NCBI GenBank assembly: GCA_017654855.1
Contig: CM030337.1
Location: 1,674,001-1,738,000, forward strand
Direction of reading: 5' to 3'
DNA length: 64,000 bases
Source of the DNA: Podospora anserina
Taxonomy: Eukaryota
Position 1 is the stretch's first letter; each line of letters opens with the position of its first letter. Of the stretch, positions 51,375-62,330 are shown one piece after another. Both the position numbers and the translations under genes were made by a program. A model generated the notes under the pieces. The model searched no databases. It saw only the letters and a list, made by a program, of their open reading frames with translations, and was not told where the DNA came from.

Positions 51375-51890
51375 CTAGGTCTCTGGGAACACACCTCTGC
51401 TGTCGATTTGACGAATAGTTTGATGAAACCATTCGTTTTTCAAAATGTCTCCCCTTGCATGGAAGTCATCAGACCCTCCCCAGTAGCTATCCGGTCCAAA
51501 AAGACTCATACTGAGATGAAGAACACACTGGGAGCCGATTTGTCGAATTGGCGGGGAAGAAAACACTACACTTGACCACGGTATCCTCGGTAAGATATGA
51601 AGTTTTGCTGTGCCCGTATTCGTTGTGTGATCTGGAGGAGACGAGGGGCGGCAGGAGATTGAGGGGGGCAGACCGGGGAAAAGGGGAGCCGGGGGTGAGC
51701 CGGGGGTGGGGTTAGCCGGGGGGCCGGGGGCGGGGGGGCCGGGACCGGGGTACCGGGGGTGGATTGGCAAAAGCCAGAGGGAGACCGGGGAGAGACCAGG
51801 GGGTACAGGGGAAGGGGGTTCTTGTTGCTGGGGTGTCCAAATTCCTGAGTTTGGATGGCCGAGGAAGGCAGGCCCGCCATATACCTGCAT
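51375..51890 (-). CDS. Proline-rich hypothetical protein (exon structure uncertain)
   Basis: 171-aa ORF over a G-run tract; a possible intron near the 3' end would extend it. Confidence 0.3.
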   Translation of the reverse strand: MQVYGGPAFLGHPNSGIWTPQQQEPPSPVPPGLSPVSLWLLPIHPRYPGPGPPAPGPPANPTPGSPPAPLFPGLPPSISCRPSSPPDHTTNTGTAKLHILPRIPWSSVVFSSPPIRQIGSQCVLHLSMSLFGPDSYWGGSDDFHARGDILKNEWFHQTIRQIDSRGVFPET

Positions 51891-52702
51891 GCATGACCTG
51901 GAACATTGACCAGAGGCCTAGCTGCTGCAGGTTATCCCATGATAAAAGACCAGGCATCTTGTGTCCTATCAAATACTAGCCCCGACGGCAGATAATTCCT
52001 TCAATCCATACACTGCACCTAACCGATGAGGTACCGTAGGTACCACTGACGTTCCATCACAGCTTTTCTCCCAGTTCAATGGGCGGGTGATGATGACAGG
52101 ATGTTTCACTGTGCTTGCTCTCATGAATAATGTGTAGGTACCTGGCAGTTTTCATTACCAAAGCTTTTACAGTGCGGAGATAGGCACAAAAGATTCCGGG
52201 AATCCGAGGGAGATTCTTGCAACAACCTACAACAGTGACCCTTTCGGCATGTAGCTCGACACCTACAGGGCTGTTACCGAGGGAACATACCCCGCCGAAT
52301 GAATTCGGTGCAACTCATATCCGACACCGGTGATCCGATGGTGACCTGAATGGCGTTGGTCTTCATGATCACAGGGAAGAAGAAAGTACGGGAACAAAGT
52401 CCCCTGTTATGAACCAAGCTTCAAGAACGCAAACAGATGAAGAGAACACTGGTACTTTCTAGATAAGGCGGAACATCTTGATGAAGCCAAAAAAGCCACC
52501 ACTTCGTGCCAGTTGCTCTTGTTGGGAAGCTAGTGGAAGTTGTGCACCATAAGGTACCCTACATGAGCAGCTATCGTCTTGTATTCGTTTGTGGTGTGAT
52601 CTTTACCAGCAGAATATTAAGTTGCTTGCTTGCCTGATTCTTGATGTAACAGCAGACACATATTGGAAAGTCGAAACCTGCTTACCTACTTGGACCTGCC
52701 TC

Positions 52703-53874
52703 ATGGACACAGCACCTCCCCGCTGCACTAACTGCACTTCGCAGCAGCTTTTTTGTACCGATATCACTCAAGAAGACATTCAGTGTAATGTACTGGCTTC
52801 ACATCTCTATAGACCGTTCTAACACTTTCTGCAGGCGATGAGTGCAAGAGCCAAAACCGCCGGTGTTTCCCGCCGCCTCCAATCACGCTCTCCGAGCTCT
52901 CCGTTTCCGACGAGGACAGACAGAACGACGAAGCGCTCTGGATCTATCACTACATATTCTTCTTGAAACTTACGCCCCCCGGTCCTGAACAACAAACATT
53001 GCTTGCTACCATCTACCGTGGTTGCCAGAGTTCACCCACCATTCTCTGCGCCATATTATCATTATGTCCACACTCCGATAATGTGGACCTGGCTCGGAGA
53101 AGTGATCTTCTCCATGACCGGGCTCAATTGGGCAGTGATGCTGAAGGGGCCATATGGGTTCCGTTTTCCGGCCTTGTTCGGTCACTCCTGGGAGGAACTA
53201 GTCCGATACAGCATCTCAAGACTCTATGGCACAAGATGCGTCATGCAGAGCACATACCTCCGTATATCTTTGACTTTACGTTGCATTATGTGCGCGTCTG
53301 TAGCTTCCTTTCAGGCGAAACTATAGACGTCAATTATTCCAACTTCCGCAGCCCCCAGTCGGCCTCTGATCTTGACAGAGAATGCATGCAGTTTCTCCCA
53401 GTCGTGTCTGGAATTCAGCAGGGACCCCCTGATGAAGGACGATATTATATATGGAGGGAGAATTGTCGCTCACGGCCGAAACTTAACGCAAGCCCCCAAG
53501 TTCAACTATACTGTGCGACACTCGACTTGTATATTGCAGGGTTATGTAAAAAGGAGTTCCGCCTCAATTTGCCATCTACGTTGGAGTTGCTAAAAAAGCT
53601 GACTTCCGAACCCAACGAAAACTTCTTTGTTCTACTTTTCCCAAGTTTCCTTCTTGGTTTAGTATGCAAGACGAAGTCCGACCGAGATTCAATCACAACG
53701 GCCATCCTGAGTATCAAGGAACACACACAGCTTATAAGTCCTGCAATTATGTTGCAATTCTTGGAGGGAATCTGGGCTCTGGATCTTGAGGAACACTGGC
53801 TTCCGTATTGGCTAAACAATTGGCCTAGGCACTGGAGACTCACGAATGGCAACCTTGAGTTTTTGCCGACCTAG
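52703..53874 (+). CDS. Zn(II)2Cys6 transcription factor with Fungal_trans_2-like C-terminal domain (2 exons)
   Basis: Removing intron 52785-52834 gives CTNCTSQQLFCTDITQEDIQCDECKSQNRRC (C-x2-C-x6-C-x9-C-x2-C-x6-C) in frame with ORF 52963-53874; LLFPSFLLG...LEGIW end. Confidence 0.8.
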
Positions 53875-53953
53875 ACAGCCAAAACATACCTATCTCTTGA
53901 TTCTTCCAACTATCGCAATTACAGTTTCTTTAAGATCATCTGAACGGTTTATA

Positions 53954-54400
53954 TTACACATTTCTAGTGTTTGTTATAAAATCTAGCGGCAGCAGAACCA
54001 AGCAGTCAACCTTCCATAAACAACCTATTCTCCAAAAGACCTTTCCAATACTTTGAACCCCTTCACCGCCTGCAAAGTATATGCAGCCTACGAGCCATGC
54101 TGGCTCTAATTTGCCTGAATGGGAAGCAGACGATATGCGACAGTTTGGGCTTTGTGCTGGCCACCGAGATAACCCCAGATTCTGGAGAGTAGGGGATGGA
54201 CTGAACGCTGGGGAAAGAGACCAGAGATCTGACAATAGGTAAGCTAAAGTCAATCTTTCCAGGTGCTCTTCTGGAAAAGAGAGGTACATACTGGTCGTTA
54301 TGCATGATGCCGAGGCCAGCCATAGCTGAGTGATGATGTCGTTGAAGAAGCTTGATGTGGTGGGGGGACAGATGATCTCCAGTCTACCTGGCAGAAGCAT
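53954..54400 (-). CDS. Hypothetical protein (structure uncertain)
   Basis: 148-aa ATG ORF downstream of TATATATA (54564-54571); splice-like signals nearby not resolved. Confidence 0.35.
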   Translation of the reverse strand: MLLPGRLEIICPPTTSSFFNDIITQLWLASASCITTSMYLSFPEEHLERLTLAYLLSDLWSLSPAFSPSPTLQNLGLSRWPAQSPNCRISSASHSGKLEPAWLVGCIYFAGGEGVQSIGKVFWRIGCLWKVDCLVLLPLDFITNTRNV

Positions 54401-54732
54401 CTAAATCCACGTAGGCGACGTGCGTGTTAAATAGTCTGAGGTACCTACAGTCAACATTAGAATGTGTGATATTTGTGCTCAGTGCGCAGTAACTGTGCCC
54501 TGTGCATGGTTGTCCCGCCTCAGTGCGTGGTGCATGTGTTCTGTCGTCCAACTTCTCCAGCGCTATATATAGCACTTCTTCAAATGAACGAGGTTCATCT
54601 TATAGGAAGAAGGGTCGATTTCGTTTCTTCATCGAAATGTGATGTGTTTTGAGAAGGTGTTGTCAAGGGCTGCTGACATAAACAAAAAACAACTCACCGC
54701 CCATCGAGTCCCAGGTCACTCCCCACCCCCTG

Positions 54733-54849
54733 CTCCGCCTTCGCTCCGCTCCGCCCGCCGCTCCGCCCGCCGCCACGCCAATCACTTTATGTTCAGCACC
54801 ACTTTGCGACTTGGTATGCTTAGCCGCTTTGGCTACCGCTCTTATAAAA
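54733..54849. promoter_or_regulatory. CTCCGC array (54733, 54744, 54749, 54761) in a divergent promoter between two TATA boxes
   Basis: TATATATA at 54564 and TATAAAA at 54843 flank the array. Confidence 0.55.
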
Positions 54850-55223
54850 CAAAAGCTCTTCCCCATGTTCCATTCCATCATTCTTTGTCGGATAATGGCC
54901 GACTTCCTTATCACCTGCACCCTTCAGATAGCTTTGCTTGGAGGCGACATTTACCCTAGCAATGCTGGGCGCGCCTCTACCATATTTCCCGAGAAGTACA
55001 TAAGGTATCAATTCTTTTTGCAATAGTTGACCAGATGGCCACAAGGACTTCCTCTGTTTTCAAGCCGTCGGAGCCGACCCCAGTTGCAGCAACAAGGCTG
55101 GCAGGCAACTTTGCGGCTCAAGTACGCGGATGTTCGCGCCGCACCGGTAAAACACCCCACTGTGGGGCCCAGATATTGGAGCCCTCTTCTCGGCCCAGCC
55201 CAGTTCTACAGAAATTCAGGACA

Positions 55224-56140
55224 ATGTCGGCACCAACTCAGGATGGGATTCGGATCGCCTGTACGCCTTGCCATCGCAAGAAAATAACTTGCAATAAGGA
55301 GTTACCATGCGCCAGATGCACTCGCCTGAAGTTGGCATGTGATGAACGGTATTCCGGCAGATACAAAGCCCGCTCAACCCCCCACACCAGGTCTCCTGAA
55401 GCCGCGTCAAGGACCGAAATTTCCCTGCGCAGTGCTCAGTCGCAAAGCGCTACCCCGGGTGACGACGAAGGAGCTACCTCAGTGTCCAACGATCGAGCAG
55501 CAGATCCGCCTACACCCAGCGAGGATTTGGAGCCGCGCCCACATAAACGAAGGCTGGTAGGACTGCGCGACTTGCTCAACGGTAAGAAACGTGTCATCAT
55601 TCTTGGATCGTGTTGTTCTGACTTTATGTTGTAGTCGACGAAACCCTCCCTACTTTCGACGCTGTACCCCCATTAGTTCACGAACCCTGGAATCCCAGGT
55701 TCTATCGGTTCTGGTATCCCTGGAGGAAGCTTGCTAGTTATCTCGAAATGTCGGCCCCCGAAGTGCTCGAATTTACATACAATGGAGGGTACTTGACGTC
55801 AAACTCCGTACTCCATGTCGGGCTGCAGCTTCAGATCCGTTCCGAGCGATACCCAGACGCATCCAAGGTCTGGATCGAACGGCCGAAACTCCTCACTTCA
55901 ATAACGCAACATCTAGAGGTTTCAGGAACTTGGAACTGTGGTTTGATTGGCGCCGATTCCTCACCAAAAGGTGTCATGGTATCGTGTGTCGCAGTGCTTC
56001 CAGGGATTGACGGTGTGGTTCTGCCAGCAACTCTCGGAGAGATAGTGATAAGGTGGCAGCAGCTATCAAGTCTTCTTTTGTTCCGTCAGTGGGGGGGCTT
56101 CTATAGCACGAGGCTAGGACCGGCGATGACCGCTTTATAA
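55224..56140 (+). CDS. Compact Zn(II)2Cys6 transcription factor with unknown C-terminal domain (2 exons)
   Basis: ACTPCHRKKITCNKELPCARCTRLKLAC; intron 55582-55634 joins in frame to ORF 55748-56140. Confidence 0.85.
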
Positions 56141-56487
56141 CCCAGCTTTTGCACTATAAATCCACCACACGCTCGGGAACTCGCCCATTACATAAACCTC
56201 AGAAGTAACATAGAGATATTTCCCAGATTGTGTCTTACTCCGACCGGTCACATAGAAATTTCCATCCACGGCCACAATACCATCCGGTCCATCGAAGTCG
56301 ACAATCGCAGCAACGCAATCACGCTCGTTCGTATCTATGCGTAGCTCCCCTACACCGCAAAGCACGTCAGCAAGTCAGCAAAACAGCAAGGTAGAGGAGC
56401 AGAGTAAAACCTACCTAGCCCAAGCTGCTTCTGAACCTCATCCAGAACCTCATCCTCACTCCTCCCACACACTTTTTTGCCGGTCAT
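56135..56487 (-). CDS. Small spliced orphan protein (MTGKKVCGRSEDEV...WWIYSAKAGL)
   Basis: ATG 56487, 65-nt intron 56350-56414 (GTAGGT...GCTGAC...TAG), open frame to TAA 56135. Confidence 0.5.
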
Positions 56488-56758
56488 ACCGGTCACTGGA
56501 CTGGTCACATAGAAATTTCCATCCACGGCCACAATACCATCCGATCCATCGAAGTCGACAATCGCAGCAACGTAATCACGCTCGTTCGTATCTATGCGTA
56601 GCTCCCCTACACCGCAAAGCACGTCAGCAAGTCAGCAAAACAGCAAGGTAAAGGGGCAGAGTAAAACTTACCTAGCCCAAGCGGCTTCTGAACCTCATCC
56701 AGAACCTTGTCCTTACTCCTCCCACACACTTTTTTGCCGGTTATACCGGTCACTGGAC
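56245..56758. repeat. 257-bp direct tandem duplication (about 56245-56501 and 56502-56758)
   Basis: Near-identical copies; differences are mostly transitions, several CpA/TpA. Confidence 0.95.
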
Positions 56759-57557
56759 GAAGGGGAAGTGTCGTTGTTGTCGAAAGGGTTGGTTGTGACA
56801 GAGGCTTTGTCGCGCGGATTTGTGGGGGTGGCCGGGCTATCACGTGAAATGTTGACTGATCGCAGTGCGACCGCTGCCTGCACGTGTCCTGGGTGCCACC
56901 TCTTCAGTCCAAACCAGCCAATCGACACGAGTAACCAGTTACAACACTGGACCAAATGCTGATACTGCGACGAAACGAAAATGCATATACAGATTGCAAT
57001 AACTATCCCAAGAACTGAAACTAACGACAACAGAAGACCCTTGTTGAGGTTTGGTCGGCTTCTATACTTGGTGGAATGAGCCTTGATCCAAATGATCAAG
57101 ACTACAAAGTAGGCGTGAAAAATAGCAGGCGAAAGCCATTCGAACTCGTAGACGTTTCTCTTGTAAATCTGCCAAAATCCAAAAGCAGATAGGATCATCT
57201 CGCAAACAATAATCCCGATTAGGAAGCCGTCGTTGTAAGCCCCCGGTCCTGTAAGAAGCTGCACACAAGTCAGCGTAAAGCATACAGAGCGAACATGCGA
57301 GAGAGTACCTGAAAGACGGGGTAGACCAGAAATGTGACGGCTTTCCAGGCAAGAAGGTATGGATAGCTTCTCCAAATAATGAATGGAATACCAGGTATAA
57401 ACGTAGCAACAAGGCAGGCCCACGCAGCAACAGCAAGCCAACGGGACTTGCTCTTCTGAAGCCAAAGATCAATGCTGGAGACAACGAGGAACACCACGGT
57501 GACGATATATGCTGCAATGGCAGCATAGAATTCGGGGGCTGCTACCGGGGGCTGCAT
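56713..57557 (-). CDS. Seven-transmembrane (GPCR-like topology) orphan protein, 264 aa (2 exons)
   Basis: Exons 57557-57309 and 57258-56713, 50-nt intron with GCTGAC branch; seven hydrophobic segments and a Ser/Thr-rich tail. Confidence 0.7.
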
Positions 57558-58354
57558 CTTTTCGAATCTCGCAGAGACAATCGAGACAAGGCAAAAATAA
57601 GGCAACTAAAGTGGCTTGCAGGACTTGAAAGTGCAGTTTTCAGGGGGCGGGGGGAGGGAATGGGTCGCGTCCCAGGCTTATATGTTCAGCATCGTTTCCA
57701 GGCAAGCGGGCGGACGGACGGATCGACTGGATTGCGCTCCCACAATCAAATTGTGTGATCGTCCACCCATCCTTGCATGATAAGCTCCTACTCCACAGGC
57801 GACATGAGGGCAACGGAGAAAGAAGCAATGCGTTGTATATGTCAACGCCTCTCTTGCATCCGACCAGCACCCTCCGAGGCGTGCATCTGGGGAAGGGGTT
57901 GTGGGGGGGGGGGTAGCGGAAGAACAGGGATTGGGAGGGGATTTGCCATGATCAGACAGCTGGTCTTGACATGGGGGCTTGTATGTCCCAGGATGTGGGT
58001 GCCACTCAGCAGTTCAGTATCTCGCCACCGACGAAGCTCGAAAGAACGTCGAAAGTAACAGAATGTTTCTTTAATCATTTCGTATAGTATAATCAGTGAC
58101 AAAGCCGGAAAGAAGCCAATGTGTGAAAGTATGAAGATGTGTAGGGTGATGAATAGATCTATCTGAACGTGGGAAGCCAAGTGGGCAGAAATACATAAAG
58201 GCCATAAAGCCGGTGATAAGAAAGCATCATAAAGGCGTGAAGGAAACCAAAGCAGATGGCCTAGCGAAGAGCGCAAAGACCTGTGAAAAAGCTGAAAAGT
58301 AAAATAAGATCTCAGGGGGAACTCTGCTAGGCATTCGAATCTGAGTAAGGCCAC

Positions 58355-59038
58355 TTAGAGAGACGGTGGGATATCGTCCTCTATGGTGGACGAAAAGCTG
58401 CAAGTGGCTGACGTGGTTGGCGATCCGGGAAGGTTTGGCGAACTGTTATTGCTCTGCGATACATAGCTCGTTGAAGGGCGAGAACTGCCAGGTTGACTTC
58501 GTGGCTCCGAGCCTTCAATAAGAAGACGCCATTCGTTCTTATCGTTTCTTTGTGCTGAAAACTCAACTGTTGCAACCAAAAATCGGTCACCGCAGTTAAG
58601 CATAGACATGGTTAGATTCAGTTTCTGGCTCCGAGCCCATTCCTGCAGAGCAGCCTGGACGCCACGGGGACTGTTGTATGTGTCGGAAAAAAGATCACCA
58701 GTGGGGGGAGTTGCCGGGCTTGCTTGAAATCCCTCGTTTGATGGTATGGATGGCTGTGAATGGGATTCAGTTTGGCTCTGGCTTGCGGTCTTTGCCCGTT
58801 TCGTCTGAGACTGTGATGCTAGTTTTGCCTGTCCTGCCCCTCGTTTCTTGCGCTGCTGCAAACTGTCTGGCGTCTGCTCAAGTGGCTCAAAATCTTTCAG
58901 TACTAAGCTTGTATTGTTGGAGCTCTCCGCTTTAGTACAGCTCGCTGTGGGTGTTGAGAGGTTGCTTGTGGCTTGTGTTAAAGGGAGACAAGAGCTGCTT
59001 GGAGTTGGCCGTTCCGGCTGTGAGGATACCGATGTCAT
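58355..59038 (-). CDS. Hypothetical nuclear protein with degenerate FAR1/AFT(MULE)-like segment
   Basis: ATG 59038; NLS-like RKKR and KRAK; TYNSPRGVQAALQEWARSQKLNL...EWRLLI. Confidence 0.55.
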   Translation of the reverse strand: MTSVSSQPERPTPSSSCLPLTQATSNLSTPTASCTKAESSNNTSLVLKDFEPLEQTPDSLQQRKKRGAGQAKLASQSQTKRAKTASQSQTESHSQPSIPSNEGFQASPATPPTGDLFSDTYNSPRGVQAALQEWARSQKLNLTMSMLNCGDRFLVATVEFSAQRNDKNEWRLLIEGSEPRSQPGSSRPSTSYVSQSNNSSPNLPGSPTTSATCSFSSTIEDDIPPSL

Positions 59039-59199
59039 GACATAAAATGGGGAATGTCTGAAGCTAATGGCTGCTACCTTGTTAGTACATCTTAGGGAAC
59101 GGGGCACATAAATATACCACCTTTCTGGAGGGAGCCAGAGCAGAGGGCGGCCGAAGCGGCTAACCATTTTGCCTGTTCATACCTAATTGCGTGGATGAC

Positions 59200-59234
59200 C
59201 TCGCTCCGCCCGTAACTGCTCGCTCCGCCCGCCG
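59200..59234 (-). promoter_or_regulatory. Duplicated CTCGCTCCGCCCG motif upstream of the 59038 gene
   Basis: 13-mer at 59200 and 59219; TATATTTA on the minus strand at about 59110-59117. Confidence 0.5.
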
Positions 59235-59532
59235 ATTCTTGTTCGGTCAGCCCTGCACCCCCATTACTCCAAACAACATGGCTGTGAATTCACCACCCAT
59301 GCAAAAGTCTTGGTCTTGGTCAGAGAGTGAAAAGAGTTGATGCATGTAGCTATTTATTCGCCAATGCCCACTGATTGGCTATTTCCCATATCATGACCTC
59401 ATCCTGGGTGGGAATTGATGCCTACCTACCATCCCACCCACGCCCTTCCCTCAGAACAAACAGCGGCGCGGGGTACCGCTTGATGTGGTGTGAGCTGACA
59501 GACGTGATACCAGAAGGAGCAGGGCCAGCACT

Positions 59533-60935
59533 TTAGATGTCTTCCGTCCGGATAGTCGCATTGATTACCTCAATGTGAAGCCCCTTGGGTACCTCGGCCG
59601 ATGTTGGACAGTGACCAGTGGGTGTCCACACCCAGCATAGTTGCCGAGCGTTTCTCACGATAACCGCTTGGCCCTCAACAACTGTCACCCTTAGCGGTCG
59701 GGAAACGTGTATGACTTTTATGTAGAAGTAAACGTCCTTGTTATTTTCGAGCCTGCTGCTGTCCTAGAGTATCCGTCAGTGAGCGTCAGAAGCCACCGCG
59801 CGCAGAGTCATACCACAGTTATAGTTGATGACGTGGAAGACTCCTCAGAGGGCTCCGAAGTGCTTGCACTCAGGGTCGACTCTCCGGGCAAGATATGCGC
59901 ACAAGCATGGATCGGGATTCTGAACTTGCTTGCTATGTTCAATCCACGGGATCGCTCGACCTTGATCTTGAAGTCAATGTCACCCAGACAGTGCAAGTCG
60001 AGATCTGCACCAATGCAAACAGACATGCGCTTTCCCCCTTTCGACTCCGCTTGGAATGTCGAACTGTGTTCCCATGCACGCCACAGCTCGGTGTAAATCT
60101 CAAACAAGCTCCGGCGATCAATCCCAACATGGTCAGATTTTGCGAATTGAGAAAGGGTCAAATCACTCATTTGTCCAATCTCGATCTCTGCGTCCGGAAT
60201 TTCACGGATAAGTCTGGACCGTATTTGGGTGGCTGCATCGTCCCCAATCGAACAGTCGCACTTCTGTTGGCTGCCCACCCCGTCGCCTTGGTTTTCCGCT
60301 TCTCCTGCAGGTGACACTGACATGGGGCTCTCGGAGGCAGGGGTGGAGTGGCGTGCCTGTGGTGAAGGTTCGTGGATGCCTATGTCACACCGTTTGTTAG
60401 AGATGTATATTCCGTTTCTTAGGTAACGCTTTACTCACTCTCCTGGAAGCCTGTGGCTCGCAGAATCAACCCGTCTACATCGTCTCGCCACTTCAGCAAC
60501 GTAACATCTATAGGCCCAAGTCAGTACTTGGCGACCAGTTCAGCTATTAAACACTCGTGTCTTACCAAGTAGAAACTTGTTTGCAAGGGTCGTGTCTTTA
60601 CGAAGAAGAATATTGTAATAATGGTGCCAATATGCGTCCTTATCGAGGTCCGCCAAGTTAAGCCACTGAAATGCTGCTCTCTGTACCATCTCGTACCTCG
60701 AAATACTGCCCCATTCGGAGAACCGGCAGTACTTTGCTAGACGGACCATACCCGCTATCGTAATCTTAGGTGCATCAAAAGGACTTTCGTCGTCAGAGTA
60801 CCGACCTGAGGCGGTCAACCGGACAAGTGGCTCAGGATTGTGTTTGGTGGGGACGTTCGTTCGCTCCTGTACCGCCTGGAGTATTTCCCAAGCGACATTC
60901 TCTCCAGGTTGCGAGATAATATCCCGAAGCTCCAT
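59533..60935 (-). CDS. Four-exon 411-aa protein with a divergent HMG-box-like N-terminal region
   Basis: Exons 60935-60566, 60507-60439, 60379-59814, 59763-59533 join in frame through three canonical 50-59 nt introns; SRYEMVQRAAFQWLNLADLDKDAYW resembles HMG helices 2-3. Confidence 0.7.
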
Positions 60936-61648
60936 TCTGTACCTCAGCCGTCCTGGTATGTGTTGTGACCAGAGTCTATCAAGCGGCCGACGTTGAAGCC
61001 AAATTGCGGGGCTGCGGATAGGCGCTTGCTGCAGGCTAATCAGAACGCTCCATTGTCAATAAAATTAAGCCGCCTGGTGGACGGGCGAAGACCCTGGCTT
61101 GTTTTGTGCCAATGAGGGGGCCCCGTGCTATACCTAATGGGTGTGCGATTAGTCGGGTGCCCCGCAATGCGGCCCCCCCCTGGCTCTCTGTTTTCCCCAG
61201 CACTTGGCACGAGGATGGGATTTCAGGGTCTCAAGGAGTCCCCGGGCCTTCATGTTCCACCTTTCTTTACTTTCATTTTGGCGATACTCCCACATTCTAC
61301 CGGATCCCTTCGGCGTCTCAGCGACCAATTGAGGTATTAGGAGAAAACTGCTCCAATAAAGACTCGTGGGCTCGGGACAAGGTTATACAGGTGGTTTTAG
61401 AAGATACCTAGAGTCCTAGACCAGCGAGAAACAAGGCGGGATTCAGCTGTAATTTGGTCCGGGCTATATATCGAGGCAGGCTGATGTATAATGTCATCAA
61501 ACAGAAAAACAGAACTTCATTCTTTTTTGACCCCCCTAATAGTTGACGAAAAGGCGATTGGATTCGTCGGAAGGGTTAAAGCTGTAGCCTACCATAGAAG
61601 ACGGATCCAACACGCCTTGATAATGGAGGATCATATCCGTACTGTCCT

Positions 61649-61830
61649 GGAACTGATGCCAGTCTCCCAAAGAACCCCCTCCAACAGTATCGTCCCGGAA
61701 CTGATGCCAGTCTCCCAAAGAACCCCCTCCAACAGTATCGTCCCGGAACTGATGCCAGTCTCCCACAAAACCCCCTCCAACAGTATCGTCCCGGAACTGA
61801 TGCCAGTCTTCCACAAAACCCCCTCCAACA
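61649..61830. repeat. 48-bp coding tandem repeat, about 3.8 copies (GGGSLGDWHQFRDDTV)
   Basis: Units start at 61649, 61697, 61745, 61793. Confidence 0.95.
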
Positions 61831-61914
61831 TTGCCATTACCAATACCCTTCACATCGTGTACCGTCATATCACACATCCAAAAACTCGGATCGGTTGTCC
61901 AGATATCGCCCCCT

Positions 61915-62330
61915 ACGATGCCGTCTGCCAGAACATCGTTGTCCATATCGCGAATCCCAATAGCCTCCACACACTGTGCCACGCTACTCTCTGCTCCAAT
62001 GTGGCATATCTGTGTACCGTCTGCCGGAGCACCGTCGGCCACAACACCGTCGGCCAGAATGCCGTCTGCCAGAACACCGTTTTCCATATCGCGAATCCCA
62101 ATAGCCTCCACACACTGTGCCACGCTACTCTCTGCTCCAATGTGGCATATCTGTGTACCGTCTGCCGGAGCACCGTCGGCCACAACACCGTCGGCCACAA
62201 CACCGTCGGCCAGAACACCCTCTGCCAGAACACCGTTTGCCACGATGCCGTCTGCCAAATCGCAAATACCAATAACCTCCATACGCTGTCCCATGCTACT
62301 CTCTGCTGTAGTGTGGCATATCTGTGTGAT
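61915..62330. repeat. 141-bp coding repeat (2 close copies plus 1 diverged) with nested 15-bp GV(L/V)AD units
   Basis: Shared block at 61943 and 62084; diverged copy near 62258. Confidence 0.9.

Noticed and set aside
57842-58354. 170-aa hydrophobic minus-strand ORF
   Set aside because: Non-ATG start directly after the upstream stop; T-rich composition fits a 3'UTR or intergenic region.
61649-61830. CRISPR-like appearance of the 48-bp repeats
   Set aside because: Head-to-tail coding repeats with no unique spacers, no cas genes, and a eukaryotic context.
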